From: Rhodoferax sp.
GTDB lineage: Bacteria; Pseudomonadota; Gammaproteobacteria; Burkholderiales; Burkholderiaceae_C
NCBI GenBank assembly: GCA_029865675.1
Contig: JARXAU010000056.1
Span: 1 to 41,140, forward strand
DNA: 41,140 bases
Direction of reading: 5' to 3'
Made by a program: the position numbers and the translations under genes. Positions within the stretch are counted from its first letter, which is position 1. Each line of letters opens with the position of its first letter. Below are positions 8,642-17,982 of the stretch, one piece after another. The notes beneath the pieces are model-generated. The model was not told where the DNA came from. It searched no databases and worked only from the letters and a program-made list of their open reading frames with translations.

Positions 8642-8908
8642 ATGCCCCTCAGCTTGCTCCCCACCGAAAGCCTCCCTCGCGGCCATGACTTGGCCCGTGG
8701 GTTTGCACTGGCGCGGCACGCGAAGGGTGTAAAGCAAAGCGTCTGTCACCGCCTGTTCGGCCCTTTGCACCGCATGCACTGGCGCGTGGTCAGCAAGCTG
8801 CGGCGCATCAAACCGCCTGTACCCAGGGTTTTGCGCATTGACGGCCTTGGCCCCGGCGGGCGGCTGGCAGAAGTGAAGCCGCCAGACGCCGACCTGGCGC
8901 GCGCCTGA
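8642..8908 (+). CDS. Small basic hypothetical protein (88 aa)
   Basis: Open frame with mostly G/C third positions. TAAAAT (8629-8634) lies 7 nt before ATG 8642. No recognisable family. Confidence 0.45.
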   Translation: MPLSLLPTESLPRGHDLARGFALARHAKGVKQSVCHRLFGPLHRMHWRVVSKLRRIKPPVPRVLRIDGLGPGGRLAEVKPPDADLARA

Positions 8909-8940
8909 CCAGCCCCGTCAAGCTCTTGGAGTGTGAAGCC

Positions 8941-9564
8941 ATGATTGTTGTTGCCAAGGCCCCGCCACCGTCCAAACTTGCTACCGCTGTGTACTACCTG
9001 TCGTTTGTGCTGATGGCCAGCGGTGCGATGAACTACGGGGTCACCGCCTATTTTTGGGCCATTCCATTTGCGTATTACGCCGTTGGCTACGCCAATAAGC
9101 ATTTCGAGAGCCGGTGGCCTTTGCTTGGAGTGGCCGCTTTTATGGCCCTGGGCGTGTTGTTTAACGAAACGATAGAGAAAAACCCCCTGGTGTTTCCCAT
9201 CCTCACTGACGGCTACCTGCAAGAGGTGCGGCCAGCCGCTGGCCGCTCAGACAGCGCATCGCGCGAAATCCTGGGCGAGCGATTGCGCGTGACCGGGGTG
9301 AATGTGGGCCATCCCGATTTTGGAACCAAGGTGGAATTGATTGCCAGCGACGGGCGCACCTACCTCTTGGACAGCCGCGACCAGTTGTACTACTCCCATT
9401 ACCCATCGGGCACCCAATGGGAGCGGTCCGCGTTCGGTTTCCGTCCCAGTGCGCCAGTGGAAAGTGCGGTGTTCAAGGAGGCAGGTAACCTGATGGCCTA
9501 CCCGTGGCTGCCTTTTTTGGCGTACATCGCAATCAAGGACGCGCTTTTTCTCAGCAGGCTTTAG
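8941..9564 (+). CDS. Hypothetical membrane protein
   Basis: GGAG RBS at 8928-8931. About three N-terminal hydrophobic segments, a soluble middle region and a C-terminal hydrophobic segment (YPWLPFLAYIAI). Confidence 0.7.
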   Translation: MIVVAKAPPPSKLATAVYYLSFVLMASGAMNYGVTAYFWAIPFAYYAVGYANKHFESRWPLLGVAAFMALGVLFNETIEKNPLVFPILTDGYLQEVRPAAGRSDSASREILGERLRVTGVNVGHPDFGTKVELIASDGRTYLLDSRDQLYYSHYPSGTQWERSAFGFRPSAPVESAVFKEAGNLMAYPWLPFLAYIAIKDALFLSRL

Positions 9565-9660
9565 CCTGGTTGATCCACAGGCCCGCTGCGGTCTGGTCAG
9601 GCTGCGGGGGTGACAGGTGGCCCGCGCCACCAGAGCGGCGCAAGGCACAATACCGCCCGC

Positions 9661-10758
9661 ATGTCTGTACTAGAAAACTACCAAAATGAGCTTAAAACCC
9701 GCGGCTACCACAGCGACCCGGCGCAACTGCGGGCCGTGGCCGCCCTGGAGCGCTGTGCCACGGAGTGGGCGGCGTACAAAGAAAAACGGTCTAACAAGTT
9801 CAAAAAGCTGATCAACCGCCCCCCGATTCCGCGCGGCGTTTACATGTACGGCGGGGTAGGGCGGGGCAAGAGCTTTTAGATGGATTGTTTTTTTGAGGCC
9901 GTACCGTTGAAGCGCAAGACGCGGCTGCACTTTCACGAATTCATGCGCGAAGTACACCGCGAGTTGCACGAATTGCAAGGCACGGTCAACCCGCTCGATG
10001 TTCTCGGCCAGCGCATGGCGCAGCGCTACAAGTTGATCTGCTTTGACGAATTCCACGTGGCCGACATCACCGACGCAATGATCTTGCACCGTCTATTGCA
10101 GGCCCTGTTTGACAACGGTGTGGGTTTTGTCACCACTTCCAACTTCCAGCCCGACGACCTGTACCCCGGCGGTATGCACCGCGACCGGGTGCTGCCCGCT
10201 ATCGCGCTGCTTAACCAGGAAATGGATGTGGTCAATGTCGACAACGGCGTGGACTACCGCCGCCGCACGCTGGAGCGCCTGGATTTGTACCAAGTGCCTC
10301 ATGGGCCGGCTGCCGACGCGGCCATGACTGCGGCTTTTAACAGCCTGGCCGAATGTCCCGATGGCGAGCCGGTGCTGCAGATTGAGGCGCGTCAGATACA
10401 CGCCCGCAGGCGGGCGGGTGGCTTAGTGTGGTTTGACTTTAAAGCACTGTGTGGCGGCCCGCGTTCGCAAAACGATTACCTTGAAATTGCCAGCCAGTTC
10501 CACACGGTGCTGCTCAGCGACGTGCCACAGATGCAGGCCAATGCCAGCTCTGAGGCGCGCCGCTTTACTTGGCTGGTAGACGTTCTCTACGACCGCCGCG
10601 TCAAGCTGATGGTCTCTGCCCAAGTAGCGCCTGAGCTGCTGTACACCAACGGACCGCTGGCGCATGAGTTTCCGCGCACCGTATCGCGCTTGAACGAGAT
10701 GCAGTCGACCGAGTTCTTGGCGCTGGAGCGCCGCGACGTGGACACCCGCCTCACATGA
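9661..10758 (+). pseudogene. zapE: Cell division ATPase ZapE (AFG1 family), interrupted by in-frame TAG at 9877-9879
   Basis: One continuous frame: MSVLENY..DPAQ..GVYMYGGVGRGKSF*MDCFF..RLHFHEFM..LICFDEFHV..TSN..ARRFTWLVDVLYD..RTVSRLNEM. The stop replaces the Leu of the conserved GKS/TxLMD motif. Confidence 0.88.
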
Positions 10759-11447
10759 AGCGCGCCTGGCTGTCGTTTGCTGGGGTGTTACTGCTCAGCG
10801 TCCATGCCGCGCTGGGGGCCCAAAACGAGGAAGTTTCAGCGGAGTCGCAACGCAGTGCCCTGAGCGCGGAGCGCGAGCGCCAGACCCGGGTTTTCGATAC
10901 GGCGGAGCGTGCGTGCTATGCGCGGTTTTTTACCAGTGACTGCCTGGCTGACGTGGCGCGGTCCCGGCGCGCCATGCTGGCTGACATCAAGCGCAAAGAA
11001 GCGGCGCTAGATGCTGCAGGCCGCCAGCAGCGCGCCCAAGATGAGCTGCAGCAGCTCAAGCAAAAGCAGCTAGACCGTGAGGCGCAGTTGAATGCCTTGG
11101 ACCCGGCGGCCATCGACAGAGCCCAGCGCGAAAAGCAGCAAGAGCGTGAGGACAAGCTGCGCGACCATGCGTCAAAGCCGGCCTCCAAACCAGCGGCCGC
11201 CGCATCGGATGCGGCGCGCGTTCCCCCGGCCATGGCGGCGAATCCGGTCAAGGCGTCCAAACCCCCGAGCGGTCCAAGCGACCAAGAGCGTGCAGCCAAC
11301 CAGGCCGTCTACGACAAAAAGCAGGCCGAAGTTCAGCGCCGCGTGGCCGAGCGCGACCAAGCGCGCGCCAAGGCAGCCGCGAATGCCGGATCCGCCGCGT
11401 CGGCCCCGCGTTCCCTTCCGCTACCAGCACCTAAGCCCCCGCAGTGA
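10755..11447 (+). CDS. Exported coiled-coil hypothetical protein
   Basis: Signal peptide, CYARFFTSDC motif, long Q/E/K/R helical region and Pro/Ala-rich linker. 4-nt overlaps with both neighbours. Confidence 0.8.
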   Translation: MKRAWLSFAGVLLLSVHAALGAQNEEVSAESQRSALSAERERQTRVFDTAERACYARFFTSDCLADVARSRRAMLADIKRKEAALDAAGRQQRAQDELQQLKQKQLDREAQLNALDPAAIDRAQREKQQEREDKLRDHASKPASKPAAAASDAARVPPAMAANPVKASKPPSGPSDQERAANQAVYDKKQAEVQRRVAERDQARAKAAANAGSAASAPRSLPLPAPKPPQ

Positions 11448-13447
11448 CGCTTCAAGCGGCGGTGCAAGCCGCGTTTTCGCCTGATGGCCTGCTGGCACGG
11501 GTGCTGCCCGGCTTTCGCAGCCGCCCGGGCCAGACCGAAATGGCGCAAGCGGTGGCCCACACCATCGAAACCGGCGGCGTGCTGGTGGTCGAAGCCGGAA
11601 CCGGCGTGGGCAAAACCCTGGCCTATGTGGTGCCAGCCCTGCTGGGTGGCGAAAAGGTGTTGATTTCTACCGCCACCAAGGCATTGCAAGACCAGCTGTA
11701 TTTGCGCGATATTCCGCGCTTGTTGGCGGCCTTTGGCTTTCCGGTGCGTGTGGCGCTGCTCAAGGGGCGCGCCAGCTATTTGTGCAGCCAGCGTCTTCAA
11801 GGCGCTCGCCACACTACGCAAGCGCTGGACGTGTCTGACTTGCGCCTCCTCGCCAGAGTAGAAGACTGGGCCGTGTCCACGGTGTCCGGTGATATTGCCG
11901 AAGTCTCGGAGCTTGACGAGCGCTCAGTGATCATCCCGCTGGTCACCTCCACCCGCGACAACTGCCTGGGCAGCGCATGCCCGCAGATTCGCCATTGCCA
12001 CATCAATTTGGCGCGCCAGGAAGCGATGAAGGCCGAGCTAGTTGTTGTCAACCATCACTTGTTCTTTGCCGATCTGGGCGTGAGGGCCTCGGGCGTGGCC
12101 GAGCTTTTGCCCAGTGTGACGACGGTGGTGTTTGACGAGGCCCACCAGCTCAATGACATCGGTGTGCATTTTTTCGCCCGCCAGTGGAGCACGGGACAAG
12201 TTTTGTCCTTGGGGCGCGATTTGGCGGCGCTGGCCCAAGGCCCCGCGCGGGGACTGGCCGACTGGCAGGGCCTGCAGGCGGACGCAGTGCAGAGCGCGCA
12301 GGCATTCAAAGACCTGTTTGCGGTCCACGGTCCGCAACTGCCGCGTCCTTGGATAGAGCCGACGCCGCAAGGCGTAACCATCGCGCAGTGGCAGGCGGCG
12401 GTAGCGCACTGCGCCCGCAGCCTGCGCGCCGCCAGTGCCGCCCTGCGTGCCATGGAAGAACTCGGGCCCGATTTCACCGCTTTGGCGGAGCGCTGCGACA
12501 ACTTGCTGCAAACATTGGAGATTTTTTCTGATGCTGCGCCGCAAGGCGAAGTGCGCTGGCTTGAAGTAGGCGCGCATGTGCAGCTTTCGCAGTCGCCTTT
12601 GACGATTGCCAGCCCGATGCGCGCCTTGGCGCGTCCCGACGCAGCGCCGGGCAGTCAGCCCAAGTCCTGGATATTCACCTCGGCTACGCTGGGCACCGAC
12701 GCGCAACTCAGTTGGTTTGTGGATTCCTGCGGCATGAATGGCGCCCAGGTGCTGCGCGTCCCCAGTCCGTTTGACTATGCAAGCCAGGGCGCCGTGTATG
12801 TGCCGCCCCACTTTCCCAAGCCACAAGACGCGAACCACAGTACAGCAGTGGCTGCCTTGGTGGCCCAAGGCGCCCGAGCCTTGGGCGGGCGAACCATGGT
12901 GCTGACCACCACAATGCGCGCTATGCGCGCTATTGCTGACAGTTTGCGCCAGCAGTTCCGGGCCGAAGGCCTGACTTTGGACGTGCTGCTACAGGGCCAG
13001 GCGCCCAAGCGTGAGCTGGTCGAGCGGTTCTTGAGCGCCAGCGCGGTCGCTGCACCAGCGGGCTGCGTGCTGGTCGCGACCGCCTCCTTTTGGGAGGGGA
13101 TCGACATTGCAGGCGATGCCTTGCAGCTGTTAGTGATCGACAAGCTGCCCTTCGCCCCGCCGGATGACCCCTTGGTTCAGGCCCGCGCCAGCGCGCAAAC
13201 CGAGGCGGGTGGCAATGCCTTCAAAAGCGTGCATCTGCCCCAAGCCGCCATTGCGCTCAAGCAAGGCGCAGGGCGCCTGATACGCAGCGAAACTGACCGG
13301 GGAATCTTGGTGGTGTGTGATGTGCGTTTAGCCCACATGGGCTATGGCAAGCAGCTGCTTGCCGCCTTGCCCCCGATGCGTCGCCTCACAGGCGAAGCCC
13401 AATGGCTGGCTGCGCTTGCCAAGCTGCAGGCGCCGATGACCAAGTAG
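11444..13447 (+). CDS. yoaA: DinG/YoaA-family Fe-S ATP-dependent DNA helicase
   Basis: Q motif RPGQ, Walker A EAGTGVGKT, Fe-S cysteines (YLC..DNCLGSACPQIRHC), FDEAH, SATL, SFWEGID and QGAGRLIR. Confidence 0.92.
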   Translation: MTLQAAVQAAFSPDGLLARVLPGFRSRPGQTEMAQAVAHTIETGGVLVVEAGTGVGKTLAYVVPALLGGEKVLISTATKALQDQLYLRDIPRLLAAFGFPVRVALLKGRASYLCSQRLQGARHTTQALDVSDLRLLARVEDWAVSTVSGDIAEVSELDERSVIIPLVTSTRDNCLGSACPQIRHCHINLARQEAMKAELVVVNHHLFFADLGVRASGVAELLPSVTTVVFDEAHQLNDIGVHFFARQWSTGQVLSLGRDLAALAQGPARGLADWQGLQADAVQSAQAFKDLFAVHGPQLPRPWIEPTPQGVTIAQWQAAVAHCARSLRAASAALRAMEELGPDFTALAERCDNLLQTLEIFSDAAPQGEVRWLEVGAHVQLSQSPLTIASPMRALARPDAAPGSQPKSWIFTSATLGTDAQLSWFVDSCGMNGAQVLRVPSPFDYASQGAVYVPPHFPKPQDANHSTAVAALVAQGARALGGRTMVLTTTMRAMRAIADSLRQQFRAEGLTLDVLLQGQAPKRELVERFLSASAVAAPAGCVLVATASFWEGIDIAGDALQLLVIDKLPFAPPDDPLVQARASAQTEAGGNAFKSVHLPQAAIALKQGAGRLIRSETDRGILVVCDVRLAHMGYGKQLLAALPPMRRLTGEAQWLAALAKLQAPMTK

Positions 13448-13470
13448 GCGCTGTTCGAATGGCAGGCGTC

Positions 13471-14280
13471 TTAAAACAGCTTGAGCCAGCCGCCTGATTC
13501 GCCCGTGCCGCCGCCGGCCAAAAACTTGGAGTTGGGGTAGGTGCCGTCCAGCACCCGTTTGGCATCGTCCCGCAACTGCTCCATGCCCAGCGCATCGTAC
13601 GACTTGTAGATCACGAATAAAGCCTCTTCAACGGCGGGCACGTTGCGGTAGTCGGTGACTGCCGTTCGCGCGCGGTTGATCGCAGCGATGTACGCCCCAC
13701 GCTTGTAGTAATACTTGGCGACGTACACCTCGTATTTGGCGAGTGACTGAACGATGTAGCCCATGCGCAACAGCGCGTCGGGCGTGTAGCGTGAGTCGGG
13801 AAAGCGCACTGAAAGTTCACGAAAGGCTTCGAACGATTCTTTGGATGCCTTCTGGTCGCGCTCGGCCAAGTCTTGCCCGGTGTAGCTCCCTAAGATGCCT
13901 AGGTTCTCATTAAAATTTGCCAATCCTTTGAGGTACAGCGCGTAGTCCAGCGCGGGGCTGGCGGGGTGCAGGCGCATAAACCGGTCAATCGTTGCGATCG
14001 CCAGAACCGGTTCGTTGGTTTTGACATGGGCATAGGCCTTGTCAATCTGTGCTTGTTGAGCCAAGGGCGTGCCCGCAGCGCGTGCTTCCAGCTTTTCCAG
14101 CAAGGGGATCGCTTTGTCCCATTGCCCTGAATTCATGCTGTCTTGGGCCTCGGCATAGATGGCTGTAGGGCTCATGCCAGATGTTTTGTCCACTGGTGTG
14201 CTGGAGCAGCCTGCCATGAACGCGGCCGCCATAGGAATCACGAACGCGTAAACGGCCGATAATTTGACTCTCAACATCAT
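13471..14280 (-). CDS. bamD: Outer membrane protein assembly factor BamD (lipoprotein)
   Basis: Lipobox MAGC, TPR pattern, RFMRLHPASPALDYALYLKGL and YYYKRGAYIAAINRA. Divergent from rluD, as is typical. Confidence 0.93.
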   Translation of the reverse strand: MMLRVKLSAVYAFVIPMAAAFMAGCSSTPVDKTSGMSPTAIYAEAQDSMNSGQWDKAIPLLEKLEARAAGTPLAQQAQIDKAYAHVKTNEPVLAIATIDRFMRLHPASPALDYALYLKGLANFNENLGILGSYTGQDLAERDQKASKESFEAFRELSVRFPDSRYTPDALLRMGYIVQSLAKYEVYVAKYYYKRGAYIAAINRARTAVTDYRNVPAVEEALFVIYKSYDALGMEQLRDDAKRVLDGTYPNSKFLAGGGTGESGGWLKLF

Positions 14281-15328
14281 TCGTTCTTTCTTTAGCCAAG
14301 GCAAACCCATTATATCGACCGACCCCCGATCCGAGGCAGCAGGCCAAGACCTGCTGGGGCAAGACGACGCCGAAGCTCTAGCCCATGATTCCGAACTTCG
14401 CCAAAGCACTGTGTCCATCGGCCTGCACGGGGAGCGATTGGACCGGGCACTGTCGCAACTGGCGCCCGAGTTCTCGCGCAGTTACCTGCAACAACTGGTG
14501 GAGGCGGGCTGGGCGCAGGTCAACGGCAAAGTACTCACCAAGCAGTCGCACAAGGTCAAAGTGGGCGACGCACTGCAGCTGGAGCTACAGCCCACACCGC
14601 AAAGCCAGGCCTTCAAGCCTGAGGCGATGGATTTGGATGTGGTCTACCAAGACGCGCACCTGATGGTGATTAACAAACCCGCCGGTTTGGTGGTGCACCC
14701 GGCGCCCGGCAATTGGAGCAGCACGCTGCTCAACGGCCTGCTGGCGCTGGACCCCAAAATTTCGGAAGTGCCTCGTGCTGGCATTGTCCACCGGCTGGAC
14801 AAAGACACCAGCGGCCTGATGGTGGTCGCCCGCAGCCGCTTGGCCATGGACGCGCTGGTGCAGGCCATTGCCGCGCGCACCGTCAGCCGCCAATACTTGG
14901 CCGCAGGCCACAAGCCCTGGAGCGGAGCCGCCACGGTCACGGTGCAAGCGCCCATAGGCCGCGACCCGCGCAACCGCCTACGCATGGCGGTGGTGGATTT
15001 GCTCAAATCACCCGGCAAAACGGCCCAAACCGACTTCATTTTTCTGGGTAACGCCGTGGACACCTGCTTGGTGCGCTGCGTGCTCCACACCGGCCGCACG
15101 CACCAGATTCGGGTGCACATGGCGTCTATCGGCCACCCGCTGGTGGCCGACACGGTTTATGGCGGCAGCACCAGCGACGCAATGACGCGCCAGGCGCTGC
15201 ACGCCTTTAGGCTGGCGTTTGTGCACCCCATGACGGGTGAGCCATTGGCATTTGAGGCGGCGGTACCGCCTGACTTTCAGGCCCTGCTCGATGCACGGGG
15301 GCTCAGATACAATGAAAGCGGACCTTAG
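14264..15328 (+). CDS. rluD: 23S rRNA pseudouridine synthase RluD (RluA family)
   Basis: S4 domain RLDRAL..SRSYLQ, NKPAGLVVHP, catalytic HRLDKDTSG, TGRTHQIRVH and RQALHA. Start uncertain (TTG 14264 or GTG 14411). Confidence 0.93.
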   Translation: MTLNIIRSFFSQGKPIISTDPRSEAAGQDLLGQDDAEALAHDSELRQSTVSIGLHGERLDRALSQLAPEFSRSYLQQLVEAGWAQVNGKVLTKQSHKVKVGDALQLELQPTPQSQAFKPEAMDLDVVYQDAHLMVINKPAGLVVHPAPGNWSSTLLNGLLALDPKISEVPRAGIVHRLDKDTSGLMVVARSRLAMDALVQAIAARTVSRQYLAAGHKPWSGAATVTVQAPIGRDPRNRLRMAVVDLLKSPGKTAQTDFIFLGNAVDTCLVRCVLHTGRTHQIRVHMASIGHPLVADTVYGGSTSDAMTRQALHAFRLAFVHPMTGEPLAFEAAVPPDFQALLDARGLRYNESGP

Positions 15329-15463
15329 GGTTTAGTCCTAACGTCAATTCGCAGCCGTGCAGATACAGGCATTGCTGACACGGATGGAGTCGCTGCCGCT
15401 GAACAGCCCGCCCAGACCGCACCTCTTCCCCCTCTGGCGAGCCCCTCGCCCGGAAACGTTTGC

Positions 15464-16164
<701 letters not shown>

Positions 16165-16168
<4 letters not shown>

Positions 16169-17475
16169 ACGACACCGACACCGACCTCGAAACCCCCGGT
16201 CAAAAACCACAAGCCCCTGTGGAAACGCCCGCTACCACGGTGATGCCCAACTCAGACTCCAAGGCGCAAGCCAGTGCTGCGTCGGCAGCTCCCGAAGCCT
16301 CTGACGAAGGGCGCAGCAAAGACGCAAGCCTGTTTGACCAAGTCGTCTCGGGCGCATTTGATGCGCAAGACGCTGCCCTAGAGGTCACCCCGCCCAAGCG
16401 CATCCTGACGCCCATGGCCGAGACGCCCAAGCTGCACAAAATCCTGGCCCAGGCCGGCATGGGCTCGCGCCTTGAGATGGAGCAGCTGATTCTCGAAGGC
16501 CGCATTTCGGTCAACAACGAGCCGGCCCACATCGGCCAGCGCATCCAGTTTGGCGACCACGTCAAGGTCAACGGCAAACCGATCCGCTTTCGCATTGACC
16601 CGCCGCCACCGCGCGTCATCGCGTACCACAAGCCGGTGGGCGAGGTCGTCACCCATGACGATCCGCAAAACCGCCCCACGGTTTTTCGCCGCCTGCCCAA
16701 GCTCAACCAGGGCAAATGGCAGTCGGTCGGGCGCTTGGACCTCAATACCGAGGGCCTGTTGCTGTTCACCAGCTCGGGCGAACTGGCCAACAACTTGATG
16801 CATCCCCGCTTTGGCCTGGTGCGCGAATACGCAGTGCGGGTGCTGGGGTCGCTCAGCAAGGAAGAAAAGCAAATACTGCTCGACGGCGTCAAGCTCGACG
16901 ACGGCATCGCGCAGTTTGGCTCCATCGAGGCGGGTGGCGGCGAGGGCAGCAACTGCTGGTACCGCGTCACCATCTCTGAGGGCCGTAACCGCGAAGTGCG
17001 CCGGATGCTCGAAGCCGTGGGCCACGCAGTGAGCCGTCTGATTCGCATTCGCTACGGTGCCATGCTGCTGCCGCGCGGCCTCAAGCGCGGCGCCTGGATG
17101 GAGCTGGACGAGGCTGACATCGCCGCTTTGGTACAAGCCGCAGGCAGCGCGGGTGCTGGCAACGACGGCGTAGAGCGCGTGCGAGTGGCCGATGGCGCAG
17201 GCCGTCCCGCTCCGCGAGGCCCCGGCATGCGCCGCGGCGGGCCATCCGCACCGCCCGGCGCCCAACGCGCGGGCGCAGGTCGCGGGCCGGGAGCTGGGCG
17301 CAGTGGCGCCCCATCACCGGCTGGCAAGGCAAGTGGTGGCGCAGCCCAGCCCGATCCCCTGAAAACATCGGTGGGCTATATCGGCGCCGACAGCTTGTCA
17401 CGCCAGCGAAAACAAGAGGCGCAGCGCCAGCGCAGCGGCCCTGGTAGCCCGCGCCGCACGGGGCGCAGCCGCTAG
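16165..17475 (+). CDS. rluB: 23S rRNA pseudouridine synthase RluB
   Basis: S4 domain [14 protein letters not shown], catalytic [18 protein letters not shown] and EGRNREVRR. Follows scpB. Confidence 0.93.
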
Positions 17476-17548
17476 GGCTAACTGCTAAACTCGCATGCTT
17501 TGCCACGCAGGGTGGCGATTCATTTATTACGAAGGTTGAAGTAACACC

Positions 17549-17974
17549 ATGGCTATCGAACGCACACTCTCCATCATCAAGCCCGACGCTGTGGCCAAAA
17601 ACGTGATTGGCCAAATCTACGCCCGTTTTGAAGGTGCTGGCCTCAAAGTCGTGGCAGCGCGCATGGTCCACTTGTCGCGCGGCGAAGCCGAAGCCTTTTA
17701 CGCGGTGCACAAAGCCCGCCCCTTCTTCAAAGACCTGGTGGATTTCATGATCTCCGGCCCCGTGATGATCCAGGCCCTGGAAGGCGAAAACGCCATCCTG
17801 ACCCACCGCGACCTGATGGGTGCCACAGACCCCAAGAAAGCCGCCCCCGGCACCATTCGTGCTGATTTTGCCGACAGCATTGACGCCAACGCGGTCCACG
17901 GCTCCGACGCCGCTGAGACCGCTGCAGTCGAAATTGCTTTCTTCTTTGCCGGTCTGAACGTCTACTCCCGTTAA
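17549..17974 (+). CDS. ndk: Nucleoside diphosphate kinase
   Basis: [20 protein letters not shown] and catalytic NAVHGSD. Confidence 0.98.
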   Translation: MAIERTLSIIKPDAVAKNVIGQIYARFEGAGLKVVAARMVHLSRGEAEAFYAVHKARPFFKDLVDFMISGPVMIQALEGENAILTHRDLMGATDPKKAAPGTIRADFADSIDANAVHGSDAAETAAVEIAFFFAGLNVYSR

Positions 17975-17982
17975 CTCGCACC

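Noticed and set aside
9877-9879. Genome-wide TAG reassignment or pyrrolysine as the explanation for the zapE stop
   Set aside because: TAG ends several genes here at their expected C-termini (lacI, rluD, rluB, hflK, hflC, trpB). No pyl genes are in the window, and the position is a conserved Leu.
17140-17475. Gly/Arg/Pro-rich tail of RluB as a novel domain or repeat
   Set aside because: Low-complexity basic tails are common on RluB proteins, and no discrete repeat unit is visible.
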